Below are positions 1 to 8,018 of a DNA stretch of 64,000 nucleotides, piece by piece. Made by a program: the position numbers and the translations under genes. A model generated the notes under the pieces. The model did no database searches, was not told where the DNA came from, and was given only the letters and a program-made list of their open reading frames with translations. This DNA comes from Christensenellales bacterium (GTDB lineage Bacteria; Bacillota; Clostridia; Christensenellales; JBMNTT01): positions 47,133 through 111,132 of the forward strand of contig JBMNTT010000003.1 of NCBI GenBank assembly GCA_050945875.1, in the 5' to 3' direction. The first letter of the stretch is position 1; the number at the start of each line of letters is the position of its first letter.

Positions 1-277
1 TGTCGTCGTACACCACCAGTATCTGCTCCAGCGCAATCCGATAGTAATCCACCACCGCCCGCACGCACTGCCCGCTCAGGTTCATGAAGGTGGTTGGCCA
101 GACCAACAGCACCTTCTCTGAACCGATCATCGCCTGGCTGGCCAAGCCGTGGAAGGTGCTCCGGGGTTGGGTCGCGCCCAGCTGATCTCGCAGCAGATAG
201 AGGGTTTCAAAGCCCACGTTATGCCGCGTCTTGGCATATTGCGCGCCCGGGTTGCCCAGGCCGAAGATGATCCGCAC
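1..277 (-). CDS. pth: peptidyl-tRNA hydrolase, N-terminal part (3' end lies beyond the window edge)
   Basis: My own minus-strand translation from GTG 277..275 gives VRIIFGLGNPGAQYAKTRHNVGF...PTTFMNLSGQ...VVYDD, the Pth signature. A GGAGG lies about 7 nt upstream. The gene is absent from the ORF track because it runs off the edge. Confidence 0.85.
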   Translation of the reverse strand, partial: MRIIFGLGNPGAQYAKTRHNVGFETLYLLRDQLGATQPRSTFHGLASQAMIGSEKVLLVWPTTFMNLSGQCVRAVVDYYRIALEQILVVYDD

Positions 278-310
278 GCCGCTGCCTCCGCTTTCGTCAA
301 AGTCCTGATT

Positions 311-339
311 AGTTTACCCGGTTTTGCCCCCTTTGACAA
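311..339 (-). promoter_or_regulatory. candidate sigmaA-type promoter for pth (TTGTCA-17-TAAACT)
   Basis: Hexamers were read on the minus strand with 17-nt spacing, in the 77-nt gap between the Nudix stop and the pth start. Confidence 0.3.
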
Positions 340-354
340 GCCCCGAAAGGGGTT

Positions 355-858
355 TTAGCGCACGCCCAGCATCTGGGCGCTTCTGTACAGCAGGTCGCGG
401 TAGACCTCGTCCTTGTTGTGGCAGACCAGCTCGACGAAGCGCTCAAAGGACACCACGTCCAGGGCGTCGACCTCCTCAATCTGCCGGGTCAGGTCCTCCA
501 GGGTGAAATCCACCCGGGCGCACCACACGTCCAGGATACAGTTTTTTTCGATCCGGCGGCCAACGAAGCGCACCTGTTTGGGTTCTAGGCGCAGGCCAAG
601 CTCCTCCTCGGCCTCGCGCACGGCGGTGGTCAGGCTGTCCTGCCCGGCGGCCACCCCGCCGCCGGTGACATCCCACATGCCTGGGGCGAACTTGCGGTTC
701 ATGGCGCGCTTCTGGACCAGATAGCGCCCCTGGGCGTCGCAAAGCAGGATGTGCACATGCAGAAAATACTCGCCGGCGGCAATGGGGTCGAGGTATCGCC
801 GCTGGCTGCGGCCGGTGAGGCGACCCTCCCGGGTGTACAGGTCAATGTACTCGTCCAT
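355..858 (-). CDS. NUDIX hydrolase
   Basis: The start is the internal Met (MDEYIDLY...) of ORF 355..1173, with a GGAGG-containing RBS upstream. A Nudix box is present: GGGVAAGQDSLTTAVREAEEELGL. Confidence 0.8.
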   Translation of the reverse strand: MDEYIDLYTREGRLTGRSQRRYLDPIAAGEYFLHVHILLCDAQGRYLVQKRAMNRKFAPGMWDVTGGGVAAGQDSLTTAVREAEEELGLRLEPKQVRFVGRRIEKNCILDVWCARVDFTLEDLTRQIEEVDALDVVSFERFVELVCHNKDEVYRDLLYRSAQMLGVR

Positions 859-889
859 CCAAACCCTCCTCTGTCGTGCGCCTCGCTGA

Positions 890-2092
890 TCACAGCTTGC
901 GCTGCGCCCTTCGCCGCTCCACCCAGCCCTCCTTGACGCTCTCACGGCTGCGGGCGATGCACAGCGCGCCTGCGGGCACATCCCGGGTGACCGTGGAGCC
1001 CGCCGCCAGATATGCGCCCTCGCCGATGTGTACCGGTGCGACCAAGTTAACGTTGCAGCCGATGAAAGCGTGGTCGCCCACCCGGCTGCGGGCTTTGTTT
1101 TTGCCGTCATAGTTGACGAACACCACGCCGCAGCCCAGGTTGATGCCCTCGCCCAGGTCGGCGTCGCCCACATAGGTCAGATGGGATACCTTGGTGCCGT
1201 CGCCGATGGTGGCATTCTTGATCTCCACGAAGTCGCCGATGCGGCAGCCCTGACCCACCCGTGCGTTCGGCCGCAGGTAGGCGTTGGGGCCGACGGTGGT
1301 GCCTTCGCCCACGCAGGCCTGGATGAGCGTGGAGCTCTGCAGGTGCGCCCGATTGTCGATGCGGCTGTCGGTGATGTGGTTGTTGACCTCGAGCAGGCAT
1401 CCCTCGCCGACGATCGTACTCCCCTCCAGGTAATTGCCCGGGTAGATCACCGTGTCCTGACCGATGGTTACCCCGCGGTCAATGTAGGTGTGGGTCGGAT
1501 CGATCAGGGTGACGCCCTGCTCCATCCAGTGGCGATTGATGCGTTCGCGCATGGCCATGGCGGCCGCGGCCAGCCCCACCCGATCCTCCACCACCAACCG
1601 CTCCTGAGGCGGCAGGGAGATCACGCCCCGGGGACGGCCCGCGCTCAGGGCCTCGAACAGCTCGGTTAGGCTGCCCAGCCGCCTGCCGGCGAGCAGCTCG
1701 GCCTTGACCGCCAGCAGGTGCACCCCGCCTTGGGCATCGTCCAGGGCGCCCACCGCCCACCGCTCTTGCTCCGCCGCCTGCAGCAACTGATCGACGCTCG
1801 CCGCCGTGATCAAGGGCGCCTGATCCGAGGCCAGGATGGCCCAACCGCCCTGGTCCGCCAGCATTTCCAGCACGCCGTCCACGCCCACCAACAGCCGCTG
1901 ACCCAAGGGCTCGAAGGCCTCCGCGCAGCCCTCGGGGACCACCACCGCCAATTGTTCATCCACATGCCGCAGGGCCTCGACCGCATAGCGCGCCATCGGC
2001 CAGCCGCAGATGGGGTGCATGCCCCGGGGCAGTTTGCTCTTCATCGCCTGGCCCACCTGGTGGGACAGGATCCGCACATGATAGCCGTTCAT
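890..2092 (-). CDS. glmU: GlmU-like bifunctional protein: intact GlcN-1-P acetyltransferase (left-handed beta-helix) half, degenerate N-terminal uridyltransferase half
   Basis: The C-terminal half reads ...SHLTYVGDADLGEGINLGCGVVFVNYDGKNKARSRVGDHAFIGCNVNLVAPV..., typical of GlmU. The N-terminus has MKSKLPRGMHPICGWPM but lacks the LAAGxGTRM signature. A strong AAGGAGG RBS is present, and the gene sits just downstream of purR as in Bacillus. Confidence 0.8.
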   Translation of the reverse strand: MNGYHVRILSHQVGQAMKSKLPRGMHPICGWPMARYAVEALRHVDEQLAVVVPEGCAEAFEPLGQRLLVGVDGVLEMLADQGGWAILASDQAPLITAASVDQLLQAAEQERWAVGALDDAQGGVHLLAVKAELLAGRRLGSLTELFEALSAGRPRGVISLPPQERLVVEDRVGLAAAAMAMRERINRHWMEQGVTLIDPTHTYIDRGVTIGQDTVIYPGNYLEGSTIVGEGCLLEVNNHITDSRIDNRAHLQSSTLIQACVGEGTTVGPNAYLRPNARVGQGCRIGDFVEIKNATIGDGTKVSHLTYVGDADLGEGINLGCGVVFVNYDGKNKARSRVGDHAFIGCNVNLVAPVHIGEGAYLAAGSTVTRDVPAGALCIARSRESVKEGWVERRRAQRKL

Positions 2093-2106
2093 GGCTTCAG
2101 CCTCCT

Positions 2107-2940
2107 TTATCGATTCGACAGGGCCTCCACATAACTCGAAGGTCCCAGCTCCACTTTCATCCGGTACTCGTCCACATCCTTGAGCACCATCAGGGTCTTA
2201 TAGTCCTCCACCAGCTTGCGCTCCGGACTCTGGGTGGACATCACGACCCCCACGCCCACCACAGTGACGGCGAACTCCTTCATCATGTCCATCATGCCCT
2301 TGGCGGTGCCGCCGCCCTTCATGAAGTCGTCGATGATCAGGGCGCGCTGGCCGTCCTTGACGGCGCGCTTGGTCAGGCACATGGTCTCGATGCGCCGGGA
2401 GGAACCCGACAGATAGTTGATGGTCACCACCGATCCCTCAGTGATGCGGTTGTCATGCCGGGCGATCACCAGGGGCTTGCCGAGAGCCCGGGCGGTCATC
2501 AGCGCCACAGGGATGCCCTTGGTCTCCACGGTCAGCACGAAATCCGGCTGCATCTTGTAGAACCAGGAAGCCAGAAGGTTGCCCATCTTCTCCACCACCG
2601 TGGGGTTGGAGATAACGTCGCCCATATAGAGGTAGCCCCCGGGCAGGATGCGCTCGGGTTCACTGAGTTTATGGCACAGCCGAAGGATAAATTCCTTGGC
2701 GCTCTGGGGTTCAGGCGTGGGCAGATACCGCACCCCGCCGGCCGCGCCGGTGACGGTCTCCAGCTCGCCCAGCCCAAATCGCGCGAAGATGTCCCGGGCG
2801 ATATCCACATCCTCGCTGATGGTAGACTTGGCCGCCCCGAACAGCTCGCTAAAATAGCTCAGGGTCAAAATCTGGTTGGGAACCTCCGTGAGGATCTTGG
2901 TCATCACACCGATGCGTTCATTGCGCTTGATTCGCTCCAT
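2107..2940 (-). CDS. purR: pur operon repressor PurR (winged-helix plus phosphoribosyltransferase domain)
   Basis: The translation MERIKRNERIGVMTKILTEVPNQILTLSYFSELFGAAKSTISEDVDIARDIF... plus a PRT motif (ALIIDDFMKGGGTAKG) identifies it. Confidence 0.9.
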   Translation of the reverse strand: MERIKRNERIGVMTKILTEVPNQILTLSYFSELFGAAKSTISEDVDIARDIFARFGLGELETVTGAAGGVRYLPTPEPQSAKEFILRLCHKLSEPERILPGGYLYMGDVISNPTVVEKMGNLLASWFYKMQPDFVLTVETKGIPVALMTARALGKPLVIARHDNRITEGSVVTINYLSGSSRRIETMCLTKRAVKDGQRALIIDDFMKGGGTAKGMMDMMKEFAVTVVGVGVVMSTQSPERKLVEDYKTLMVLKDVDEYRMKVELGPSSYVEALSNR

Positions 2941-2990
2941 GTTGCCGCTCCTTTGCCGGTTCCGAGGTGAACATTTTTCACATCTTGTCT

Positions 2991-3019
2991 ATTATAATTC
3001 AGCTTTTCTCATCTTTCCA
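2991..3019 (-). promoter_or_regulatory. candidate purR promoter (TGGAAA-17-TATAAT)
   Basis: Hexamers were read on the minus strand about 50 nt upstream of the purR ATG. Confidence 0.35.
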
Positions 3020-3113
3020 GCCCCGAGATGGAATTTTCCTAAAAAACCAGCAAGCGCGCCGTTGATTTTGAAACCGCACCCCGAATTTTTGGGGTGATAT
3101 GTCACAAAAAGGT

Positions 3114-3142
3114 TTGCTTTTTTCCGGCGATTCATGCATAAT
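3114..3142 (+). promoter_or_regulatory. candidate murC promoter (TTGCTT-17-CATAAT)
   Basis: Hexamers were read on the plus strand. This would leave a leader of roughly 150 nt before the ATG at 3298. Confidence 0.35.
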
Positions 3143-3297
3143 TAGGTGTTGAGCCCCGAGGTTTATCTCAGGGAAAAAAGCGGCATCGACAGCGGCGAAA
3201 AACCGCTTCTAAAGTAGCCCGCGGCGCTCATAGGATGCGCTATGTGGGAGATTTCGGCTTTATGGGACAGCGCAATGGATGGGAAAGGTGTGTCAAC

Positions 3298-4677
3298 ATG
3301 CAGCAAGCAGTGAATATCGCGGATTTTCAGGGAAAACGGGTCCATTTTATCGGTATCGGCGGGGTCAGCATGAGCGGCCTGGCGGAGATCCTCCTGCACG
3401 ACGGGTATACCATCACCGGCAGCGACGCGCATGACTCGCCCCTGGTGGCGCATCTGCAGCAGTTGGGCATCGTCTGTCAGATCGGGCATACCCCCGAGCT
3501 GATCGAGCGGGCCGATCTGGTCGTTTACACTGCGGCGATTCACCCGGACAACCCGGAGTTCCAGTACGCCGCCGAGCACGGCTTGTCCATGATGGATCGG
3601 GCCACCCTGCTGGGGGAGATCATGGCGCGCTTCCCGGTGGGCATCGGTATCTCCGGCACCCATGGCAAGACCAGCTGCACCAGCATGCTGGCCACCCTGA
3701 TGGAGAAGGCCGGGCTGGACCCCACCATTCACCTGGGCGGCACCCTGCCGCTGATCGGCGGGAGCGTCAAGGACGGCAATGGGCCGGTGTTTATCACCGA
3801 GGCCTGCGAGTATGTAGAGAGCTTTTTGAAGCTCTACCCCACCATCGCGGTCATCCTCAACATCGACGCCGACCATCTGGACTATTTCCGGGATATCGAC
3901 CACATCCAGTCGGCCTTCGCGGCCTTCCTGGACCGCCTGCCCGCCGACGGCGTGGCCATCGGCAACGGAGAGGACCCCCGGGTGATGGCGGTGATGCGGG
4001 CCTGCGGGCGGCGATTCGTCACCTTTGGTCTGGCTGAGGGGATGGACTACACCGCCCGACAGGTGACCTTCGATGAGATGGGCCGTGCTTGTTTCAGCGT
4101 GTGCGTGCGCGGCGAGGACATCGGCCGGGTGACCTTGAGCGTACCCGGGCGCCACCACATCTATAACGCCCTGGCGGCCCTGGCCGCCGCGGCGCAGGCC
4201 GGTCTTTCCCCGCAAGAGGCCCTGCCTTACCTGACGGACTATATGCCCCCTCGCCGCCGCTTCGAGAAGGCCGGCGAGCGCGACGGGGTGACCATCTATC
4301 ATGATTACGCCCATCATCCCACCGAGGTGCGCGCCCAGTTGGCCGCGGCCTCGCTGTTGCCCCATCACAAGCTGTGGTGTGTGTTTCAGCCCCATACCTA
4401 CTCGCGCACCCTCAAGCTCTTCGAGCCGCTGACCGCCTGCTTCGCCGACGCGGACGAGGTGCTGCTCACGGACATCTACGCCGCCCGCGAGGACAATCAG
4501 GGTACCATCTGCTCCAAGCAAGTGGCCGACGCGATCACCAACACCCAGGCCCAGTACATGGACAGTTTCGCCGCCGCCGCCGATTACCTCAAGGCCCACT
4601 GGCATAGCGGCGACATCGTGGTGACCATGGGCGCGGGGGACATTGAGGGTTTCTCCCGGCTACTGCTGAAAGATTGA
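3298..4677 (+). CDS. murC: UDP-N-acetylmuramate--L-alanine ligase
   Basis: The start is taken at MQQAVNIADFQGKRVHFIGIGGVSMSGLAEIL (internal Met of ORF 3235..4677, with a GGAAAGGTG RBS). A Mur ligase P-loop is present: GISGTHGKTSCTSML. Confidence 0.9.
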   Translation: MQQAVNIADFQGKRVHFIGIGGVSMSGLAEILLHDGYTITGSDAHDSPLVAHLQQLGIVCQIGHTPELIERADLVVYTAAIHPDNPEFQYAAEHGLSMMDRATLLGEIMARFPVGIGISGTHGKTSCTSMLATLMEKAGLDPTIHLGGTLPLIGGSVKDGNGPVFITEACEYVESFLKLYPTIAVILNIDADHLDYFRDIDHIQSAFAAFLDRLPADGVAIGNGEDPRVMAVMRACGRRFVTFGLAEGMDYTARQVTFDEMGRACFSVCVRGEDIGRVTLSVPGRHHIYNALAALAAAAQAGLSPQEALPYLTDYMPPRRRFEKAGERDGVTIYHDYAHHPTEVRAQLAAASLLPHHKLWCVFQPHTYSRTLKLFEPLTACFADADEVLLTDIYAAREDNQGTICSKQVADAITNTQAQYMDSFAAAADYLKAHWHSGDIVVTMGAGDIEGFSRLLLKD

Positions 4678-4705
4678 TCCCACCACACCAAGGAGGACAC
4701 AAAAG

Positions 4706-5431
4706 ATGCAGGTTCAGGTTTTTGCCAACAGCGCGCAGGTTGCCGCCGCTGCGGGCGCGTTCTTCGCCCGGCAGATTCAGCGGCATCCCCGGTCGGTCTT
4801 AGGGCTGGCGACCGGCTCCTCCCCCATCGGCCTATACGCAGATTTGGTCGCGCGCCATCGCGCCGGCGGTCTGCCGGTGGACGGCCTGACCACCTTTAAC
4901 CTGGATGAATATGTCGGCCTGACCCCGGAGCATCCCCAGAGCTATCGCTATTTCATGCAGCAGCACCTTTTCGGCCCCCTGGGCCTGAAGCCGGATCAGG
5001 TGCACCTGCCCTCGGGCGACTGCGCGGACCTTGCCGCCCAGTGCGCCGCCTACGACCAGTCCATCGAGCGCAGCGGCGGGATCGACCTGCAGCTGCTGGG
5101 CCTGGGGCGCAACGGCCACGTGGGCTTCAACGAACCCGGAACGCCCTTTGGTACCCGCACCCATATCGTGCGCTTGGCCGAGGACACCATCCACGCCAAC
5201 GCCCGCTTCTTCGACAGCGTGGCCGACGTGCCGACTCAGGCCATCTCCATGGGCATCCGCAGCATCATGAACGCCCGGCGCATCCTGTTGGTGGCCATGG
5301 GGCCGGAGAAGGCCGAGGCCCTGCGCGGGACCATCCACGGCCCGGTGAGCGAGCAGCTGCCCGCCTCGGTGCTGCAGCTGCACCCCGACGTCACCCTCAT
5401 GCTCGACGAGCAGGCCGCCAGCCTGCTGTGA
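4706..5431 (+). CDS. nagB: glucosamine-6-phosphate deaminase
   Basis: The 241-aa protein contains LGLATGSSPIGLY...FNLDEYVGL...LGLGRNGHVGFNEPG, which are NagB motifs. Confidence 0.9.
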   Translation: MQVQVFANSAQVAAAAGAFFARQIQRHPRSVLGLATGSSPIGLYADLVARHRAGGLPVDGLTTFNLDEYVGLTPEHPQSYRYFMQQHLFGPLGLKPDQVHLPSGDCADLAAQCAAYDQSIERSGGIDLQLLGLGRNGHVGFNEPGTPFGTRTHIVRLAEDTIHANARFFDSVADVPTQAISMGIRSIMNARRILLVAMGPEKAEALRGTIHGPVSEQLPASVLQLHPDVTLMLDEQAASLL

Positions 5432-5447
5432 TTGATCCGCGCAATTG

Positions 5448-5478
5448 AAAAGCGCCCGGCGGATGCCGGGCGCTTTTG
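5448..5478. terminator. bidirectional intrinsic terminator between convergent nagB and the CNNM gene
   Basis: The hairpin AGCGCCCGGC-GGAT-GCCGGGCGCT is flanked by an A-run and a T-run. Confidence 0.8.
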
Positions 5479-6834
5479 TTATTTCTGTTCCTTCCCCTTC
5501 GCGTCGGGCTCGGGCTCGGGCGTCGGGGCTTTTTTGTGGATGCCGACCTTGGTGACCTTCCGGCCGTCGTTCTCCAGCACGGTGAGCACATAGTCGCCCA
5601 CCTGCAGGGTAACCTGCTCGCCGGGACCAGGGATGCGCCCCAGCCGGTCGACGATCAGCCCGCCCAAGGTCTCATAATCCTCCCCCTCAAACACATCGCT
5701 ATCCAGGGTTTCGGATACATCATCGATGGGCACCGTGCCGTCAAAGACATATGCGCCGTCAGGCAGGGCGGTGATCTCCTCGGGCTCGTCGTCGTACTCG
5801 TCCTCAATGTCGCCGACGATGTCCTCCACCAGGTCCTCCATGGTGATCAGCCCGTCGGTGCCGCCGTACTCGTCCACCACGATGGCCATGTGGGTCTTCT
5901 GGGCCTTAAACTCCTTGAGCAGCTGGGTACACTTCTTGGCGCCCGGCACAAACATCGGTCGGCGCATCAGGTCCTTCAGGGCGATGTCCTCGGGCGCATC
6001 GTCCTCCACATAGCGCAGCAGGTCCTTGACGTAGACGATCCCCACGATGTCGTCAATGGTCTCCCGATAGATTGGGATGCGGGAGTATCCCTCCTGCAGG
6101 GCGATGTTGATGACCTCCTGGATGGGCTCATCCTCCTCCAGGGCGGTGATGTCGGTCCGGTGGGTCATGATCTCACTGACCCGGCGATCATCGAAGGCGA
6201 ATACATTGCGGATCATGTCGTTCTCCTCGGGCTCGAAAACCCCGCGCTCCTCCCCCGCCTCGAGCATCATGAGGATTTCTTCCTCGCTGACCTGTTCCTG
6301 CTCTTCCTTGGCGCTGATGCCGAAGAGCTTGAGCACCAGGTTGGTGCTGGCAGCCAGAAAGCGCACGAAGGGCTTGCATACCACGGCCACCGCGTTGACG
6401 ATCCCCACAACCCGAAGGGACATGCTGTCGGCGTAGCGCATGGCGATGCGCTTGGGCACCAGTTCGCCGAACACCAGGGTGAAATAGGAGAGCAGCAGCG
6501 TGATGACCACCAGGATGATGGTGCCCAGCACATTGGGACTGATGGGCAGAAAAGCCAGCTGTTCCACCAGGATGCTGGTGAACTTATCCGCCGCCACAGC
6601 CGACGCAAAGAAACCCGACAGCGTGACGCCCACCTGGATTGTCGCCAAAAAATCGCTGGGCGAATCGGTGATCTTCAGCAGCAGCCGCGCCTTTTTGTTG
6701 CCCTCCTCGCTGAGTTTTCGCATTTTGTTGCTGTTGATGGAGATGATGGCAATCTCGCTCATGGCGAAAAAGGCGTTGATCAGGATCAGCAACACCAGGA
6801 GCAACAGATTGCCAATAACACCGCTTGTGTCCAT
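5479..6834 (-). CDS. CNNM/CorC-type transporter (DUF21 membrane domain, CBS pair, CorC_HlyC domain; 'hemolysin family protein')
   Basis: The 451-aa protein has N-terminal TM helices, a CBS region ([11 protein letters not shown]...), and a C-terminal acidic/CorC-like part. Confidence 0.8.
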   Translation of the reverse strand: MDTSGVIGNLLLLVLLILINAFFAMSEIAIISINSNKMRKLSEEGNKKARLLLKITDSPSDFLATIQVGVTLSGFFASAVAADKFTSILVEQLAFLPISPNVLGTIILVVITLLLSYFTLVFGELVPKRIAMRYADSMSLRVVGIVNAVAVVCKPFVRFLAASTNLVLKLFGISAKEEQEQVSEEEILMMLEAGEERGVFEPEENDMIRNVFAFDDRRVSEIMTHRTDITALEEDEPIQEVINIALQEGYSRIPIYRETIDDIVGIVYVKDLLRYVEDDAPEDIALKDLMRRPMFVPGAKKCTQLLKEFKAQKTHMAIVVDEYGGTDGLITMEDLVEDIVGDIEDEYDDEPEEITALPDGAYVFDGTVPIDDVSETLDSDVFEGEDYETLGGLIVDRLGRIPGPGEQVTLQVGDYVLTVLENDGRKVTKVGIHKKAPTPEPEPDAKGKEQK

Positions 6835-6877
6835 ACAGATTTCGACTCCTTCGACGTTTTAGATTGAGGACGGGGAA

Positions 6878-6935
6878 CAAAAAACGGATGCAATCAAAGC
6901 GCGCCGGCCTCAGGCCAACCGCTCGATCGCATCCG
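6878..6935 (-). terminator. strong intrinsic terminator inside the CNNM leader, only 44 nt upstream of the CNNM ATG
   Basis: On the minus-strand RNA, CGGAUGCGAUCGAGCG pairs with CGCUUUGAUUGCAUCCG (including 3 G-U pairs) and is followed by UUUUUUGUU. Confidence 0.75.
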
Positions 6936-7124
6936 ATTCTGTTTCCACGAGGGGACATAGGTAAACAAGCCACCGATACCGGCTCCGCAGGGCGCAGAAC
7001 CCATTGAGAAGGCACGGGCAACCCAAAAGACCTGACCATGGCTCATCGAGCCCTGGATACTTCGTTCAGGTACGGGGCTGTCTTCCACCGAATCCACCAT
7101 CGCTTTCCACTATATATGCTATGT
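6936..7124 (-). promoter_or_regulatory. structured 5' leader (candidate riboswitch or attenuator aptamer region, class not recognised)
   Basis: The region lies between a good promoter and the leader terminator. It contains several local hairpins, for example CCAGGGCUC-GAU-GAGCCAUGG. No promoter fits between the terminator and the ATG. Confidence 0.4.
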
Positions 7125-7153
7125 AGTATACCAGATACTCGGGATTTATGCAA
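7125..7153 (-). promoter_or_regulatory. sigmaA-type promoter TTGCAT-17-TATACT for the CNNM leader
   Basis: Hexamers were read on the minus strand immediately downstream of the activase stop codon (7161). Confidence 0.55.
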
Positions 7154-7160
7154 GCTCGCC

Positions 7161-8006
7161 TCACAACACACACACATCGATCCCCCGCTGGATGAAGGGG
7201 CCTTGATAGACCTGTACATCCCGGGCAGTGTCAAAGTCCGGCCGGTAGTCGAGGCCCACCATGGCGTATTTGGCCCCAGCGGTGCGGTGGTAGGGCAGCA
7301 GCTCCACCCGCTGGAGGCGTCTCGCTCCCTTTAGACGCTCGGCCAGGGGCTCCAAATGCGCCAGGTTGTCGTTGATCCCCGGAATCAGAGGCACCCGGAT
7401 GACAAAGGGCGTATTGCCCCGGCACAGGCACTCCAAGTGCCGCAGGATCGGCGCGTTGTCCACCCCCGTGTAGCGCCGGTGCAGCGCAGGGTCGATGAGC
7501 TTGACATCCATCATGACCAGGTCCACCGTGTCCATCATCTCGGCGAAAGCTGCGTCCGGGCAGTAACCCGAGGTCTCGATGGCGGTGTGCAGCCCGTCCA
7601 GGCAGGCGATGGCCGCTCGGACCCCCTCCCACTGTCCCATGGGCTCCCCGCCGGAGAAGGTCACGCCTCCACCGCTGGCGCACAGCAGATCCTCCCCGCG
7701 CAACAGTTCCCGCGCTAAGTCCTCAGCCGCCCAGGCCGTGCCGGCGATGCGGCGCAGCCCCTGGGGACAGGCCGACACGCAGGCCCCACAGGCGATGCAG
7801 GAATCGTGGGTGCAGACCTGCCGACAGCGGCCGCAGTGGGTGCAGGCGCTGGGGCTGACCATCAACTGCGGGGCGAAGGACAACCCCTCGGGGTTGTGGC
7901 ACCACTGGCAGCGCAGGGGGCAGCCCTTGAGGAACACCGTGGTGCGGATGCCCGGCCCATCGAACAGCGCAAACTCCTTGATATCGAACACCAGCAGCTT
8001 GGCCAT
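7161..8006 (-). CDS. glycyl-radical enzyme activating enzyme (radical SAM, with ferredoxin-like Cys-rich insert)
   Basis: The sequence MAKLLVFDIKEFALFDGPGIRTTVFLKGCPLRCQWCHNPEG carries the CX3CX2C motif, followed by CTHCGRCRQVC...CIACGACVSACP. The gene starts 12 nt downstream of the GRE gene. Confidence 0.9.
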   Translation of the reverse strand: MAKLLVFDIKEFALFDGPGIRTTVFLKGCPLRCQWCHNPEGLSFAPQLMVSPSACTHCGRCRQVCTHDSCIACGACVSACPQGLRRIAGTAWAAEDLARELLRGEDLLCASGGGVTFSGGEPMGQWEGVRAAIACLDGLHTAIETSGYCPDAAFAEMMDTVDLVMMDVKLIDPALHRRYTGVDNAPILRHLECLCRGNTPFVIRVPLIPGINDNLAHLEPLAERLKGARRLQRVELLPYHRTAGAKYAMVGLDYRPDFDTARDVQVYQGPFIQRGIDVCVL

Positions 8007-8018
8007 ATCACTACCCCC

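Noticed and set aside
127-358. Track ORFs 127..339 (minus) and 149..358 (plus).
   Set aside because: A different minus-strand frame encodes an unmistakable Pth N-terminus starting at the GTG at 277. The two listed ORFs are off-frame artefacts.
355-1173. Long N-terminal extensions appear on several track ORFs. Examples are 355..1173, 16961..17566, 39805..42318, 43522..45057, 49578..51398, 51950..52771, 52756..53769 and 62302..63285.
   Set aside because: The extensions overlap upstream genes or lack an RBS. Internal starts with good Shine-Dalgarno sequences coincide with the conserved N-termini of the respective families, so the coordinates were trimmed accordingly.
6894-7100. A 68-aa ORF (MVDSVEDSPVPERS...) lies inside the CNNM leader and ends within the terminator stem. 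It could be a leader peptide or a small protein.
   Set aside because: Its third-codon-position G/C content (about 62% by my count) is clearly lower than in the surrounding genes. Its RBS is weak (GGAAAG at 3-nt spacing). The sequence has no recognisable features. It is mentioned because translation through the stem would be an alternative attenuation mechanism, but it is not called as a CDS.
6936-7124. The CNNM leader shows partial resemblance to the M-box (..GCCCG..CAAUGGGU..) and to the TPP riboswitch (..ACCUGAAC..GUAUCCAGGGC..).
   Set aside because: The defining conserved blocks are absent: GUUAGGUGAGG and AGACGC for the M-box, CUGAGA and the GG.UAAU.CC.GCG pyrimidine-sensor helix for TPP. 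The matches are short and could arise by chance.
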